The notes: generated by a model from the sequence alone, not told the origin. A stretch of 64,000 nt of DNA from an uncultured Chloroflexia bacterium (GCA_963751345.1 CAVVUS010000023.1:219595-283594); one strand, 5' to 3'; numbered from the stretch's first letter, positions 35,225-46,138 are shown. Numbers and translations are program-made.

Positions 35225-36403
35225 ATGGATATCTTCATGAAGTGTGGGGAGTTCACCGACGCAGATAGTGCCCGCGAGGCCGGTCTCTATCCCTACTTCA
35301 TTCCCCTGACGAACAACGAGGGGACGGAGGCGGTGATCGGGGATCATCACCTGATCATGATCGGCTCCAACAACTACCTGGGCCTCACCGTGCACCCTAA
35401 GGTTCGAGAGGCGGCGATGGCTGCGATCAAGACGTATGGGACGAGCTGTACCGGCTCTCGCTTTCTCAACGGCACCCTGGAGCTGCACCTTGAACTCGAA
35501 CGACGGTTGGCCGAGTGGTTGGGCGTGGGACGCGCGCTGGTCTTCAGCACCGGCTACCAGGTGAACGTCGGCACGATCTCGGCCGTGGTGGGTCGCGACG
35601 ATTTCGTCATCACGGACAAGGATGACCACGCCAGCATCATCGACGGGTGTCGCCTCTCCTACGGCACGATGAAGCGGTTCCCACACAACGATCTCGAGGC
35701 GCTGGATCGGGTGCTGGCTTCGCTGCCGGAGGAGAGCGGTAAGCTGGTCGTCGTGGACGGCCTTTTCAGCATGGGAGGCGACATCGCGCCGCTGCCTGAT
35801 CTGGTCGCGGTCTGCAAGAAGTACGAGGCGCGCCTCATGGTGGATGATGCTCACGCGATGGGCGTGCTCGGCGGCGGGCGCGGCACGGCGGCAGACTTCG
35901 GGCTGACCGACGGCGTGGATTTGATCATGGGTACGTTCAGCAAGTCGTTCGCCTCGCTGGGCGGCTTCATCTCCGGTGATGCCGATGTCGTCGACTACAT
36001 CCAGCATCACGCGCGCTCGCTCATCTTCAGCGCCAGCATCCCGCCGGCCAACGCGGCAGCGGCGATGGCCGCCCTGGAGATCATGCAGGACGAGCCCGAG
36101 CGCATTCAGCGACTGATCGACATCGGCGCGACCATGCGCAGAGAGTACCGGGCGTTGGGATTCAACATCGGTGGCAGCCAGACACCGATTATCCCCATCA
36201 TCATCGGTGATGACGACCGGACGCTGAAGTTCTGGAAGGCGCTTTTCGATGCCGGCGTCTACACGAACCCGGTCCTGTCGCCTGGGGTGCCTGCAGGGAT
36301 GCAGTTGCTCCGCACGAGCTATATGGCCACGCACACCGACGAGCAGTTGGACAAGGTGCTGTCCACCTTCGAGCGCGTCGGGAAGCAATTGGGTGTGATT
36401 TAG
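35225..36403 (+). CDS. Alpha-oxoamine synthase, serine palmitoyltransferase-like
   Basis: GLYPYF, GSNNYLGL, GSRFLNGT, HASIIDG, DDAH, PLP-Lys motif GTFSKS. Confidence 0.8.
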   Translation: MDIFMKCGEFTDADSAREAGLYPYFIPLTNNEGTEAVIGDHHLIMIGSNNYLGLTVHPKVREAAMAAIKTYGTSCTGSRFLNGTLELHLELERRLAEWLGVGRALVFSTGYQVNVGTISAVVGRDDFVITDKDDHASIIDGCRLSYGTMKRFPHNDLEALDRVLASLPEESGKLVVVDGLFSMGGDIAPLPDLVAVCKKYEARLMVDDAHAMGVLGGGRGTAADFGLTDGVDLIMGTFSKSFASLGGFISGDADVVDYIQHHARSLIFSASIPPANAAAAMAALEIMQDEPERIQRLIDIGATMRREYRALGFNIGGSQTPIIPIIIGDDDRTLKFWKALFDAGVYTNPVLSPGVPAGMQLLRTSYMATHTDEQLDKVLSTFERVGKQLGVI

Positions 36404-36504
36404 AGGGTCGGGAATCGGCTCTCAGCTTTCAGCATTCAGAGCGACCCACACCATACCATTTGCTGAGAGGCTGAGAGCTGTTGGCTGTCTTTCTGGAGGA
36501 GTCC

Positions 36505-37714
36505 ATGCTGAAGCGTTGTGCCATCATCTGCCTCATTCGTCCTTTTCACGTTCGCCGTGCTGGCAGCCGGGTGTGCCGCTTCGGCCCCCGAGGCCACGCC
36601 GACGGCGACGCGCACGCCACTGCCCTCCGCGACGGCGACGCCGGTCCCACCCACGGCGACCGCCACGCCGCGTGCCACGGCGACACGCGCGGCCACCGTG
36701 ACGCCCGCGGCGCTGGTCGTGACCCCGTTCCCGCCTGATGTGGATCCATTCACCGGCCTCAAGGTCGACGACGCGTCGGTGCTCGACCGGATCCCCATCG
36801 CGATCAAGGTCTCGAACTCGCCGGAAGCGCGGCCCCAGTCGGGCCTCGGATCGGCCGACCTCGTCTTCGAGCACCTGGCCGAGGGCGGGATCACGCGCTT
36901 CACGACCGTCTTCTACGCAAGCGATCCGGAGGTGGTCGGCTCGGTGCGCAGCGGTCGGCTGATTGACCTGGAAGTCCCGGCGATGTATCACGCGCTCTTC
37001 GGATACTCGGGCAGCAGCGCAGGTGTCAAGGATCTGATCCGGCATTCCGATCTGTTCCCCGACTACATCGCTGCGCCCGACTTCGGGGTGGGGGCGCCTT
37101 ACTTCTACCGCGTGCCCCAGGCGGGCAAGGCCTTCGAGCACACGCTGTTCACCAGCCCCAGCCTTCTGCGCCAACTGGCCGACGAGCGAGGGATCAACGA
37201 GCGGCCGGAGTTCCCGATGTATATGGCTTTCGCGGATGCGGCCCCAGCCAGTGGAGAGGCGGAGACCTACGTCGAGGTGAACTACTCATCCGCTTGCACG
37301 GCTCAGTGGACTTATGACACCGCTCTGGGCGTCTGGGACCGCGGCATAGGCGGGCGGCCACACGTCGATGCGCTCACCGGCGATCAGATCACGGCCGACA
37401 ACGTCGTGTTGGTCTTTGCCAACCACGTGCATGCCAACTTCTGGGAGCAGATGATCGGCGCCCAGAGCGCCTGGATACTCTCGACAGAGATCCAGCTCTG
37501 GGGCCAGGGGCCGGCCCTGGTCTTCCGCGACGGTCAGATGTACTCAGGCATCTGGAAGCGCGAAACGCGAGATGCGATGCTCACCTTCTACTATGGGGAC
37601 GAGACCCCGCTGCCGCTCAAGCCAGGGAACACGTGGTTCCAGGTGGTGCCGTTGGGCACCGAGTCGAGCCAGATCGGGGAGGGCAAGCTATCGTTCAAGT
37701 CGCCGAAACTATAG
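36505..37714 (+). CDS. DUF3048 lipoprotein with Thr/Pro linker
   Basis: LAAGC lipobox, ARPQSGL..ADLVFE..AEGGITRF, GSVRSGR, LKPGNTWFQVV. Confidence 0.8.
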
Positions 37715-37724
37715 GGAGGCATGC

Positions 37725-38597
37725 GTGAAAGTCGGGGTCGTCTTCCCACAGACGGAGATCGGCGCGGATGTGAGTTCGGTGCGCCAGTACGCTCTTGCCG
37801 CCGAGGGCCTGGGCTACGACTATCTGCTCGCCTATGATCACGTGGTCGGCGCGAATCCCGAGCGACCCGGTCCGTGGCAGCATGGGCCCTACACCTACGC
37901 ATCGATGTTCCACGAGCCGCTGGTGCTCTTTGGCTATCTTGCCGGCATCACCCGGCGACTCGCTTTCGCTACCGGCATCCTGATTCTGCCCCAGCGGCAG
38001 ACCGTTCTGGTGGCCAAGCAGGCTGCGGAAGTCGATGTCCTTTCGGGCGGGCGACTGCGCCTGGGGGTTGGCGTGGGCTGGAACCCCGCCGAGTACCAGG
38101 CTCTCGGCCAGGCGTTTCGCACGCGCGGAAAGCGGCAGGCGGAGCAGGTCGAGGTGCTGCAGCGTCTCTGGACGGAGCAACTCGTCGCCTATGAGGGGGC
38201 TTATCACAGCCTCCCTGACGTCGGGCTCAACCCGCTGCCGGTCCAGCGCCCGATCCCGGTCTGGTTCGGTGGCGGGGCCGATGCCGCGCTGCAGCGCGCG
38301 GCGAGGCTGGGCGATGGCTGGATGCCCAACGCGCAGCCGTTGGACCAACTCGCCGACAGGCTGGCCCGGCTGCGCGGCTACTTGCGAGATGCAGGACGGG
38401 ACCCCGATCGCTTCGGCGTCGACGTGCGCATCGACATGCGCCACACAGGTAGGGATGCCTGGGGGGAGACGATCGAGCGCCTCGTGGCCCTTGGTGTCAC
38501 CCACATCTGTATCAACACGATGAATATGGGCTTTGCACCCAACGAACACGAGGATGCGATAGCGGAGTTCAGATCCGTGATCGACGGCCTGGTCTAG
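37725..38597 (+). CDS. LLM-class F420-dependent oxidoreductase
   Basis: GVVFPQTEIG, YDHVVGA, FHEP, ILPQRQTVLVAKQAAEVD, LGVGVGWN. Confidence 0.88.
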   Translation: MKVGVVFPQTEIGADVSSVRQYALAAEGLGYDYLLAYDHVVGANPERPGPWQHGPYTYASMFHEPLVLFGYLAGITRRLAFATGILILPQRQTVLVAKQAAEVDVLSGGRLRLGVGVGWNPAEYQALGQAFRTRGKRQAEQVEVLQRLWTEQLVAYEGAYHSLPDVGLNPLPVQRPIPVWFGGGADAALQRAARLGDGWMPNAQPLDQLADRLARLRGYLRDAGRDPDRFGVDVRIDMRHTGRDAWGETIERLVALGVTHICINTMNMGFAPNEHEDAIAEFRSVIDGLV

Positions 38598-38619
38598 TGC
38601 TTATCGTGAGAGGTGATCC

Positions 38620-39795
38620 GTGACATTCGCCGAACGTGTACGCCAACTTGAGCCTGAGGGCGCGCTCGAAATGCTCGTGCGCGCGCGCGCACTGCAGGCC
38701 CAGGGACGACACATCATCGAGTTCCAGATTGGTCAGCCGGACGTCCCGACATTCGAGAACGTGGTGGAGGCCGGCATCCGGGCAATCCGCGAGGGGCAGA
38801 CGCGTTACAGCCCCCCTTCGGGTATTCCCGAACTGCGGGCGGCGTTGGCCGAGGACGTGGGCCGCCGCCGGGGCATCGAGGTGCAGCCCTCTGAAGTCGT
38901 CGTGATGCCCGGAGGAAAGCCAACGCTCTTCTTCCCTACGCTCGCGCTTGTTCAGCCCGGCGACGAGGTCATCTATCCCGATCCGGGATTCCCGACGTAC
39001 GAGGCGATGGTCCAGGTGGCCGGCGGCACCCCGGTGCCCGTCCCGCTGCGGGAGGATCAGGACTTCGCCTTCGACGTGGAGGCCTTTGATGCGTGTGTCA
39101 ACGACCGGACCCGCATGATCGTCCTCAACTCTCCCAGCAATCCGACCGGTGGCGTCCTGTCGATGGACTTGCTGCAGCACATCGCCGAGGCTGCCCAACG
39201 TCACGATGCCTGGGTCCTTTCCGATGAAATCTACAGCCGGCTCGTTTTCGATGGTGAGACTGCGCCCAGCATCGCTGCACTGCCCGGCATGCAAGAGCGC
39301 TCCATCCTCTGCGACGGGTTTTCGAAGACCTACGCGATGACCGGTTGGCGTATGGGCTACGCTGTGGTTCCGGAGGCGTTGGCCGAGCGGCTGGACCTGC
39401 TGCTCACCCATAGCGTCACATGCAGCGCGTCGTTCACGCAGTACGCCGCCTTGGAGGCTGTGACCGGTCCCCAGGATCAGGTGGCGGCGGTCGTCGCCGA
39501 ATACCAACGGCGTCGCGACGCGATGGTTGGCCGCCTCAATGCGATTCGGGGCGTGTCCTGCAGGATGCCCAAGGGGGCAATGTACGCCTTCCCCAACGTC
39601 AGGTCGTTTGGGCGCACGTCCAAGTGGATTGCGGACTATTTGCTCGACGAGGCGGGGGTCGCCGTCCTGGCGGGCACCGACTTCGGGCCGGGCGGTGAGG
39701 GCTATCTCCGGCTCTGCTTTGCCAGTTCCATGGCGGACATCGAGGAGGGCATCGCGCGCATGGCTGATGCGCTGGGACGCTTGCGCATACCGTAG
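38620..39795 (+). CDS. PLP-dependent aminotransferase class I/II (aspartate aminotransferase-like)
   Basis: IGQPD, NSPSNPTG, SDEIY, GFSKTYAMTGWRMGY. Confidence 0.92.
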   Translation: MTFAERVRQLEPEGALEMLVRARALQAQGRHIIEFQIGQPDVPTFENVVEAGIRAIREGQTRYSPPSGIPELRAALAEDVGRRRGIEVQPSEVVVMPGGKPTLFFPTLALVQPGDEVIYPDPGFPTYEAMVQVAGGTPVPVPLREDQDFAFDVEAFDACVNDRTRMIVLNSPSNPTGGVLSMDLLQHIAEAAQRHDAWVLSDEIYSRLVFDGETAPSIAALPGMQERSILCDGFSKTYAMTGWRMGYAVVPEALAERLDLLLTHSVTCSASFTQYAALEAVTGPQDQVAAVVAEYQRRRDAMVGRLNAIRGVSCRMPKGAMYAFPNVRSFGRTSKWIADYLLDEAGVAVLAGTDFGPGGEGYLRLCFASSMADIEEGIARMADALGRLRIP

Positions 39796-39808
39796 CATCT
39801 GCTATAAT
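39781..39808 (+). promoter_or_regulatory. tRNA promoter
   Basis: TTGCGC-N16-TATAAT with extended TGn. Confidence 0.6.
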
Positions 39809-39821
39809 GCAGAGCGGGTTG

Positions 39822-39895
<74 letters not shown>

Positions 39896-39898
39896 CTA

Positions 39899-39945
39899 GG
39901 GAGAGGAGGGCCGTCTTATATGGCGGTTCTCCTCTCCCCTTTTTG
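39899..39945. terminator. Rho-independent terminator after the tRNA
   Basis: GGGAGAGGAGGGCCGTC...GGCGGTTCTCCTCTCCC followed by a T run. Confidence 0.8.
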
Positions 39946-39954
39946 TGGCAGCGC

Positions 39955-40536
39955 CTAGACTAAGTCGTGGGCGTCGGCGGGTATCCAGTGCTGATCCATG
40001 CCATCCCATTTGACGTTGCATCCGATGGGATTGGTCAGCGGGGTGCTGACCGGCTTGCCGGCGACGTGCTCAGCGAGCGCGTTCTCCAGGTCGTTGACCG
40101 TCATCTGGCTGACGTCGCGGGGATTATCCACGCCCCGGCCCGTGTAGACCAGTTTCCGGTCCCGGTCGAAGACGTAGAAGTGCGGCGTGCGCAGCGCCCC
40201 GTAGGCACGAGCTACGTGCTGGGGTTCGTCACGCAAGTAGACCCACGGGAAGTTCTGCTCATCCATCTGCTCGACCATATGGTCGAAATCGTCGTTAGGA
40301 TGGGTGTTCTGGCTGTTGGCGTTGATGCCGACGAACGTGACCCCCTGGTCACTGAAGCGCTCCGCCGTCTCCCTGGTGACCCCGTTGGATCCCAGAACGA
40401 ACGGGCAGTGGTTGCACGTGAAGAAGATGACGAGCGTGTCGGCGTCGTCGAAATCGGCAAGCCGGTAGGTCTTGCCGTCGGTGGCGGGGAGTTCGAAATC
40501 CGGTGCTTTCTCGCCCAGTTGTAGTGTGAATGCCAT
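39955..40536 (-). CDS. Thioredoxin-like AhpC/TSA family protein
   Basis: [26 protein letters not shown]. Confidence 0.9.
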   Translation of the reverse strand: MAFTLQLGEKAPDFELPATDGKTYRLADFDDADTLVIFFTCNHCPFVLGSNGVTRETAERFSDQGVTFVGINANSQNTHPNDDFDHMVEQMDEQNFPWVYLRDEPQHVARAYGALRTPHFYVFDRDRKLVYTGRGVDNPRDVSQMTVNDLENALAEHVAGKPVSTPLTNPIGCNVKWDGMDQHWIPADAHDLV

Positions 40537-40827
40537 GTTCTCTCCTTTCAGGTTTAGAGCTGCGTTGGCCCGATCCTCTCCCACCGCAGCTGAGGTCAGC
40601 CCTACCTTAGCCTCGATGGCAGCGATGTCAAATCAGGACGAGATTCCGGCCTGCGTGCGGATCTGTGCACGCTGCTCTCTCAGCGCAACAAATGCCAGCC
40701 ATTTACCCAACTCAGCCCGGCAGAAGCATGCGTGCGAATGCGACTACACTGGACATGCGGTGCTCACACGCACGTGCGTGGCCCCTGTGGGCAACTACAG
40801 CACCTGCTCACCACTAGGAGGCGGGAG

Positions 40828-42219
40828 ATGCGAGAGGTAGTGCGAGCCATTGGCAGTCGGAGGTCACGTCTGGGGCGCCGTCGCTTTGTGCGCGCCCTCG
40901 GAGCTCTACTTCTGGTGACGATCGTGTCCGTCGCGATGCCGCAGTCGGCGATGCTGCAGTCGCCGACACCCCCGCGGGACCTTAGCGGCGAGGTCCCGAC
41001 CGAGGCTCCGACCGAAGCCCCTATCGTGCTCTCGACAACGGTCGTGCCGCTGGGCATCCAGAGTGTGATCCAGTTGCCGGCCGCAGCCGATGCGTACATC
41101 GCGTCGGGCAGGCCAACGCAGAACTTCGGTACAGGGGCACTTTTCTTGGGCTACGACTTGGCGGACTTCACGGCCCAGCGGATCCTGATCAGCTTCGACG
41201 TCCTCAGCGCGATCCCGCCACACGCGGTGATCAACAGCGCAATCCTCCAGCTGACACTCAACTACTCCGATCCTGCTAACGATACCCCCATGGGCACAAT
41301 CCTGCGCCGCACGGCGGCGCCCTGGGGTGAGTACACCGTGACGTGGGATACCGAACCCGCGTGGGGAGAAATACGCTCCACCGCCAACGTTGGTACCATG
41401 ATGTCGACTCCGCAGCAGTGGGATGTCACGTCACTTGTCGCCGACTGGGTTGATGGTACACAGGCCGACTACGGTATGGAGATCATCGGTGATGAGCGCG
41501 TCCAGCAGCGACAGCGTGCCTTCTTCAGCCGCGAGTCGTCAATCGGCCCGACGCCCCACTTGATCGTTGACTACACGGTTTCCAACGATACCTTGCCCCC
41601 TGTCGTGACGGTCAATCCGCTCCCCACGTGGAGTGGGCGTAGCTTCGAGGTCACCTGGAGCGGTTCAGACCAGGGCTCGGCGGGCATCGCCTACTACGAC
41701 GTACAGTACCAGGTAAACGGCGGGTCCTGGATCGACTGGGTCACGGGCGTCACCTTTACGAGCGCGGCTTTCACGGGACAGGATGGCAATCTCTACGGGT
41801 TCAGGGCGCGTGGCGTCGACAACGTCGGCAACGTCCAGGCCTACGGCGGCGTTCAGGCAAGCACGACAGTCGACACGAACCCGCCGGTCTCACACGTGAA
41901 TCCGCTTCCCCCGATCGAGCACACGCAGACGTTCGTCGTGAGCTGGAGCGGCACAGACGACGTGTCGGGCGTTGCTTTCTACAACGTCTACACGTCGTAC
42001 AACGGCGGCGCGTGGACGGTCTGGCAGTTCGAGACGGTTGCGACGTCGGACACGTATGTGGCAGGGCCCGACGGCGTCTACAGTTTTCGGGTGAGTGCCA
42101 CCGACCGGCGGGGTCTTGTCGAGTCGTTGAGCGGGAAGACCGGTGTCGCGACGGCTGTGGACGTGGTGCCGCCCTTCATCATGCCCGCGATATGGTTTCC
42201 GATCATCTTCCACCAATAG
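40828..42219 (+). CDS. Secreted DNRLRE-domain protein with FN3/Ig-like repeats and a Chloroflexota-type C-terminal tail
   Basis: Signal peptide, ADAYI..P.QNFG, WDVTSLV, two WSG.D..SG...Y.V repeats, terminal IWFPIIFHQ. Confidence 0.75.
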   Translation: MREVVRAIGSRRSRLGRRRFVRALGALLLVTIVSVAMPQSAMLQSPTPPRDLSGEVPTEAPTEAPIVLSTTVVPLGIQSVIQLPAAADAYIASGRPTQNFGTGALFLGYDLADFTAQRILISFDVLSAIPPHAVINSAILQLTLNYSDPANDTPMGTILRRTAAPWGEYTVTWDTEPAWGEIRSTANVGTMMSTPQQWDVTSLVADWVDGTQADYGMEIIGDERVQQRQRAFFSRESSIGPTPHLIVDYTVSNDTLPPVVTVNPLPTWSGRSFEVTWSGSDQGSAGIAYYDVQYQVNGGSWIDWVTGVTFTSAAFTGQDGNLYGFRARGVDNVGNVQAYGGVQASTTVDTNPPVSHVNPLPPIEHTQTFVVSWSGTDDVSGVAFYNVYTSYNGGAWTVWQFETVATSDTYVAGPDGVYSFRVSATDRRGLVESLSGKTGVATAVDVVPPFIMPAIWFPIIFHQ

Positions 42220-42234
42220 TGGGGATTTGGGAGG

Positions 42235-42271
42235 AAGACCTTTGGGCTTTTCCGCAAAGCCCAAAGGTCTT
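42235..42271. repeat. 16-bp inverted repeat (AGACCTTTGGG family), probable bidirectional terminator or REP
   Basis: AAGACCTTTGGGCTTT-TCCGC-AAAGCCCAAAGGTCTT between convergent genes. Confidence 0.75.
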
Positions 42272-42280
42272 TTCGTCACT

Positions 42281-43284
42281 CTACCAGGCGTAAGCCTCGG
42301 GTGCGGGACGGCTCTTGAGAGGCCGGCCGCGGTTGATGTCGAAGATCTCGTCGAGGCGAGCCATCGTCGCATCGTCGAACTGCAGCGTCGCCGCCCGATC
42401 GAGCCCATCGAGGTGATCCAGCCGGCGCACGCCGACGATGGCCGAGGCGACCGCCGGTCGGGCCAGGGTCCATGCGATGGCTACGACGTGCTCGGGCTCG
42501 CCGATCGACCGGCATAGCGCCGAGAAGGCGTCGAGCTGGGGCTGGCGGTCGTCCGTGAAGCCGTACTCCTGCCACACATCGGCGCTGCGCGAGCCCGTCG
42601 TGCAGGACGGTCTTGCCCGTGAGCAGGCCGCCGGCGAGCGGCATATAAGGGATCACGCCGATGCCCATGGCTTGGGCGGCAGGCAGGACCTCGAGTTCGG
42701 GCATCCGGTTGAGCAGGTTGTACTGCGTCTGCTCGGAGATCAGCCCGATCAGCCCTCGCTGCCACGCTGCCATCTGGAACTTCGCCAGTCCCCAGCCGGG
42801 GAAGTTGCTCGATCCGACGTAGAGGATATCCCCGTCGTTTTCCAGGCGCTCGAAGGTGCGCCAGAACTCCTCCACCGTGACGGTGCGGTCGATGTGGTGC
42901 ACCTGGTAGAGATCGATGTGGTCCGTCTGCAGCCGCAGGAGCGAGTCCTCGACGTGCTTTCGGACCTTGTAGGCGGAGATCCCGGCGCTCTCGTTGGGGC
43001 CGGGGTGGGGGACCATCGGCCCGTAGACCTTCGTGGCCAACACGATCTTGTCCCGGCGACCGCCGCCCTGGGCCAGCCACCGGCCGATGATCTCCTCGGT
43101 CCTGCCGGTGTTGGGCCGCCCGCCATAGACGTTGGCCGTGTCGAAGAAGTTGATGCCCATCTCCAGCGCTGCGTCCATGATCTTGTAAGGCCTCATCCTC
43201 CGGCGTCCGGCTGCCGAAGTGCATCGTCCCGAGGCAGATCCTGCTCACGCTCAGGTTCGAACGTCCCAACCGTGCATATTGCAT
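42281..43284 (-). CDS. Aldo/keto reductase (two indels)
   Basis: LGRSNLSVSRICLGTM, FFDTANVYG, LATK, DHIDLYQVH, GSSN, PLAGGLLTGK. Confidence 0.9.
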
Positions 43285-43294
43285 TGTTCCCTTC

Positions 43295-45304
43295 CTATCT
43301 CTTGGTGATCTTGTCTTTGAGCAATTTCATGAAGTAGCCACCGACGACCGAGCGCGCCTTGAAGTTGAGGCGCACGGCGGTGAGCGTGTCGTGCCAGTCG
43401 CTGACCGGCACACGGCTCGGCGTCTCGTTCACGTAGCGGTAGATCGGCGCGACGAGCGCCTCAAAGTCCTCTTGGTTCTCGGCCAGCGCTGCACACCACA
43501 TCACCCAGTCCGATTTCGTGTAGTCTCGCCGGGAATCCAACGGCACGCCGTAGGTGTTCTGAACCTTCAGGTAGTGTGCCACCTCCTTGCGGGCGATCTC
43601 GGGTGAGAAGAGGTCGTACCCAAGCAGCGTGTCCCAGATCAGGTTGTACTTGAGGCTCCACGTATCCGCCTGGTCGAAGGTGAGGCGGGTGTGATCGCCG
43701 TCGTCGGCGAGCTTCTCCCACTCTGCGGCGAAGCCCTTCGCCAGCGCCAGGTAGTCATCCGCGACCTCGTCCTTGCCCAGCATCCGCGCGAGCTTGCCGT
43801 AGCTGGCGAGCCCCATGATCGCCTTGATCGACAGGTTCGCGTTGCGCGCCAGCCGCCCGGCAAAGTCGTCGGTGCAGAGCTGGTTGCCGGGATCGAAGCC
43901 CTGCTCGCGCAGGTAGACGGCCCATTCGCTGAGCAGGTCCCAGTATGGCCCTGCGTAGTCGGCGTTGCCCTCCAGCTGCGCGATAGCGGCGCAGAGGATC
44001 AGGACGTTGCCCGACTCCTCCACCGGCATTTGGCTCTCGATGCGGTTGCGCCCGTAGACCTGCCCGTTGGCCTGCGGATAGGTGCCGAGGTCGTGTGCCG
44101 CGAAGGGGAATACCCACGCGTCGGTGCGGCAGTAGTCCAGGATCGGCGTCAGCATTCCCTTGACCAAGTCCGGGTTGTAGATCAAGAAGAGCGGCGTCGA
44201 GGGATAGGTGACGTCCACGGTGCCGATGCAGCCGTTGCTGTTGTTCTCCTTTGAGAAGAAGAAGCACTGCCCCTCGGGCCCCTGCACCAGCTTGTGGGCG
44301 GCGATGGCCTGGCGATAGACCAGCGACACCAGGCGCATGTACGGCTGCCCGCCGACGCGCTCAGCCCAAGTCATCAGCTCGGCATCAAAGGCGCGGCAGC
44401 GCGCGATCACCGAGTCGTAGTCGCTTGCCGCATCGGACAGCATATCGATAGCCGCTACCTGCCCGTCGGGGGCGTCCCGCCGCCACCACGCACGCAGCGG
44501 CTGGTGGTAGTATTCCACCGAGACCTCGTCGTCATAGCCCACGATGACCTGTGCTGCCTGTGGCGCCGCACCCACGGAACCAAACGAGGTCACCGTGGCC
44601 AGCACGGGCCCGCCCCAGACGTCGGCGGGACGCGAAGTGGCGTCCCAATCGCCGGTCGGCAGGGCGCCGGTCGCGATGAAGCCGTCGCGCACTGCGGGCG
44701 CCCGGGCGATCACCATCGCCGTCTCCCGTGGAGCTGCCAGGTAGAGTGTGCCCCAGTCGATGCGGACGTCATCGCCGCGCTTCCGGAGCACGGGCTGCTC
44801 CACCGAGCGCACGGCTGCGATGTTAAGGGTTGCGTGATCGACCCGCTCCCAGGTCACGGCCTGGTAGGGCCGGTCGACGGCCCATTCGCCCGAGACGTCG
44901 AAGTAGACCTGCACGTCGTGCGGCTTTGCATCGGTGGAGGCTACCTCAAAGGTCACGTAGGATGCGGGACGTGAGAGCAGATCGAGGTCATCCAGGAGCA
45001 GCGGCGAGGTGAAGGTCACCATCAGCGACACGCCGCCACAGGCGAAGGTGTAGATCGATCGAGTCGGCGTGACCTCCAGCCCCGTCTGAGCAGCTATCGG
45101 CTCGTCGCCGGACGGCCCCCCGAGGAACCGATACGCGATGCCATCGACCCGGACGGCGCCATACATCGAGTGGGGCGCGTCGGTCCAATGGCGCGGCCAA
45201 TCGTCGTAGAGATGGTCGGCGTCGGACCATGCGCTCAGGTAGGGATCGTGTGTCACGAGGGGCACGGCGCATGGGCGGAAGGGCTCAGATTCGTTAGTTG
45301 TCAT
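43295..45304 (-). CDS. DUF5127/DUF4965 glutaminase A-like (alpha/alpha-toroid) protein
   Basis: VPLVTHDPYLSAW, SKENNSNGCIGTVDV, AAHDLGTYP, MPVEESGN, QLCTDDFAG, YTKSDW. Confidence 0.85.
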   Translation of the reverse strand: MTTNESEPFRPCAVPLVTHDPYLSAWSDADHLYDDWPRHWTDAPHSMYGAVRVDGIAYRFLGGPSGDEPIAAQTGLEVTPTRSIYTFACGGVSLMVTFTSPLLLDDLDLLSRPASYVTFEVASTDAKPHDVQVYFDVSGEWAVDRPYQAVTWERVDHATLNIAAVRSVEQPVLRKRGDDVRIDWGTLYLAAPRETAMVIARAPAVRDGFIATGALPTGDWDATSRPADVWGGPVLATVTSFGSVGAAPQAAQVIVGYDDEVSVEYYHQPLRAWWRRDAPDGQVAAIDMLSDAASDYDSVIARCRAFDAELMTWAERVGGQPYMRLVSLVYRQAIAAHKLVQGPEGQCFFFSKENNSNGCIGTVDVTYPSTPLFLIYNPDLVKGMLTPILDYCRTDAWVFPFAAHDLGTYPQANGQVYGRNRIESQMPVEESGNVLILCAAIAQLEGNADYAGPYWDLLSEWAVYLREQGFDPGNQLCTDDFAGRLARNANLSIKAIMGLASYGKLARMLGKDEVADDYLALAKGFAAEWEKLADDGDHTRLTFDQADTWSLKYNLIWDTLLGYDLFSPEIARKEVAHYLKVQNTYGVPLDSRRDYTKSDWVMWCAALAENQEDFEALVAPIYRYVNETPSRVPVSDWHDTLTAVRLNFKARSVVGGYFMKLLKDKITKR

Positions 45305-45384
45305 CTGTCAGTGTCTCCTTCGTCGGTCTTCGCCAATGATAGATGGATTCGGCTCAATGGAAAGCCGAGAGCCGGTTCGACTGC

Positions 45385-45416
45385 ACCTTGCGCAAGGTTA
45401 CGGACAAGGCTATAAT
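45385..45416 (+). promoter_or_regulatory. Promoter whose -35 box lies inside the palindrome ACCTTGCGCAAGGT
   Basis: TTGCGC-N17-TATAAT, 10 nt before the PPTase ATG. Confidence 0.55.
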
Positions 45417-45426
45417 CGCAGGCACT

Positions 45427-46138
45427 ATGGCTCTCACGATTTCGCACGATAACGTTCACCTCTGGACCACGCGTCTCGACCGCGATACTGACGAGGTCGA
45501 GCGCCTCGCGGAAATCCTCTCCGGCGACGAGGCGGCACGGGCGGCGCGTTTCCTGCGCTTGGAGGACCGCGCGCGCTTCATCGTGGCGAGGGCGATGCTG
45601 CGGGTCATCCTGGGCGCCTATCTTGGGGCTGCAGCCTGAGACGCTGCGCTTTATCTACGGTCCGCAAGGCAAGCCGGCGCTCGACCGAGCCCTCGACCCG
45701 ACGCTCGCCTTCAACGTGGCGCACTCGGGAGATCTTGCGCTGTACGGCATCGCACGGGGACGGCGCATCGGTGTTGACGTCGAGCAAGTGCGCGCCGATT
45801 TCGACTATGGGGCCATCGCCCGCCGCTTCTTCACGACGGACGAGAGCGCCGCACTGAAGGAGGTTCCGGCGGAGGACCGGCTGCTTGCCTTCTACACGAT
45901 GTGGACGGGCAAGGAAGCGTATGCCAAGGCACTGGGCGATGGGATGGCGGCGGCCCTCGCGGGCGTTGTGGTGTCGGTGGCGCCCCATGGGGCGGCGAGG
46001 CTTCTGCCCGCGCCGGGGGCGTGCCGGGATCCGGCGCAGTGGGAGCTGACCATGCTCGAGCCTGCGCCGGGCTATCTCGGCGCCGCGGTCGTCGAGGGCC
46101 ACGGATGGACGATGACGCTTCACGACGGGGAGCCCTGA
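45427..46138 (+). CDS. Sfp-type 4'-phosphopantetheinyl transferase (one indel)
   Basis: GKP, FNVAHSG, IGVDVE, WTGKEAYAKALG. Confidence 0.9.

Noticed and set aside
34115-36388. 757-aa minus-strand ORF (likewise 26408-27724, 52084-53373, 38569-39798)
   Set aside because: Antisense shadows of well-supported genes in GC-rich DNA
36418-36480. GCTCTCAGC/GCTGAGAGC short inverted heptamer repeats
   Set aside because: Short and single-copy here; probably a simple intergenic hairpin
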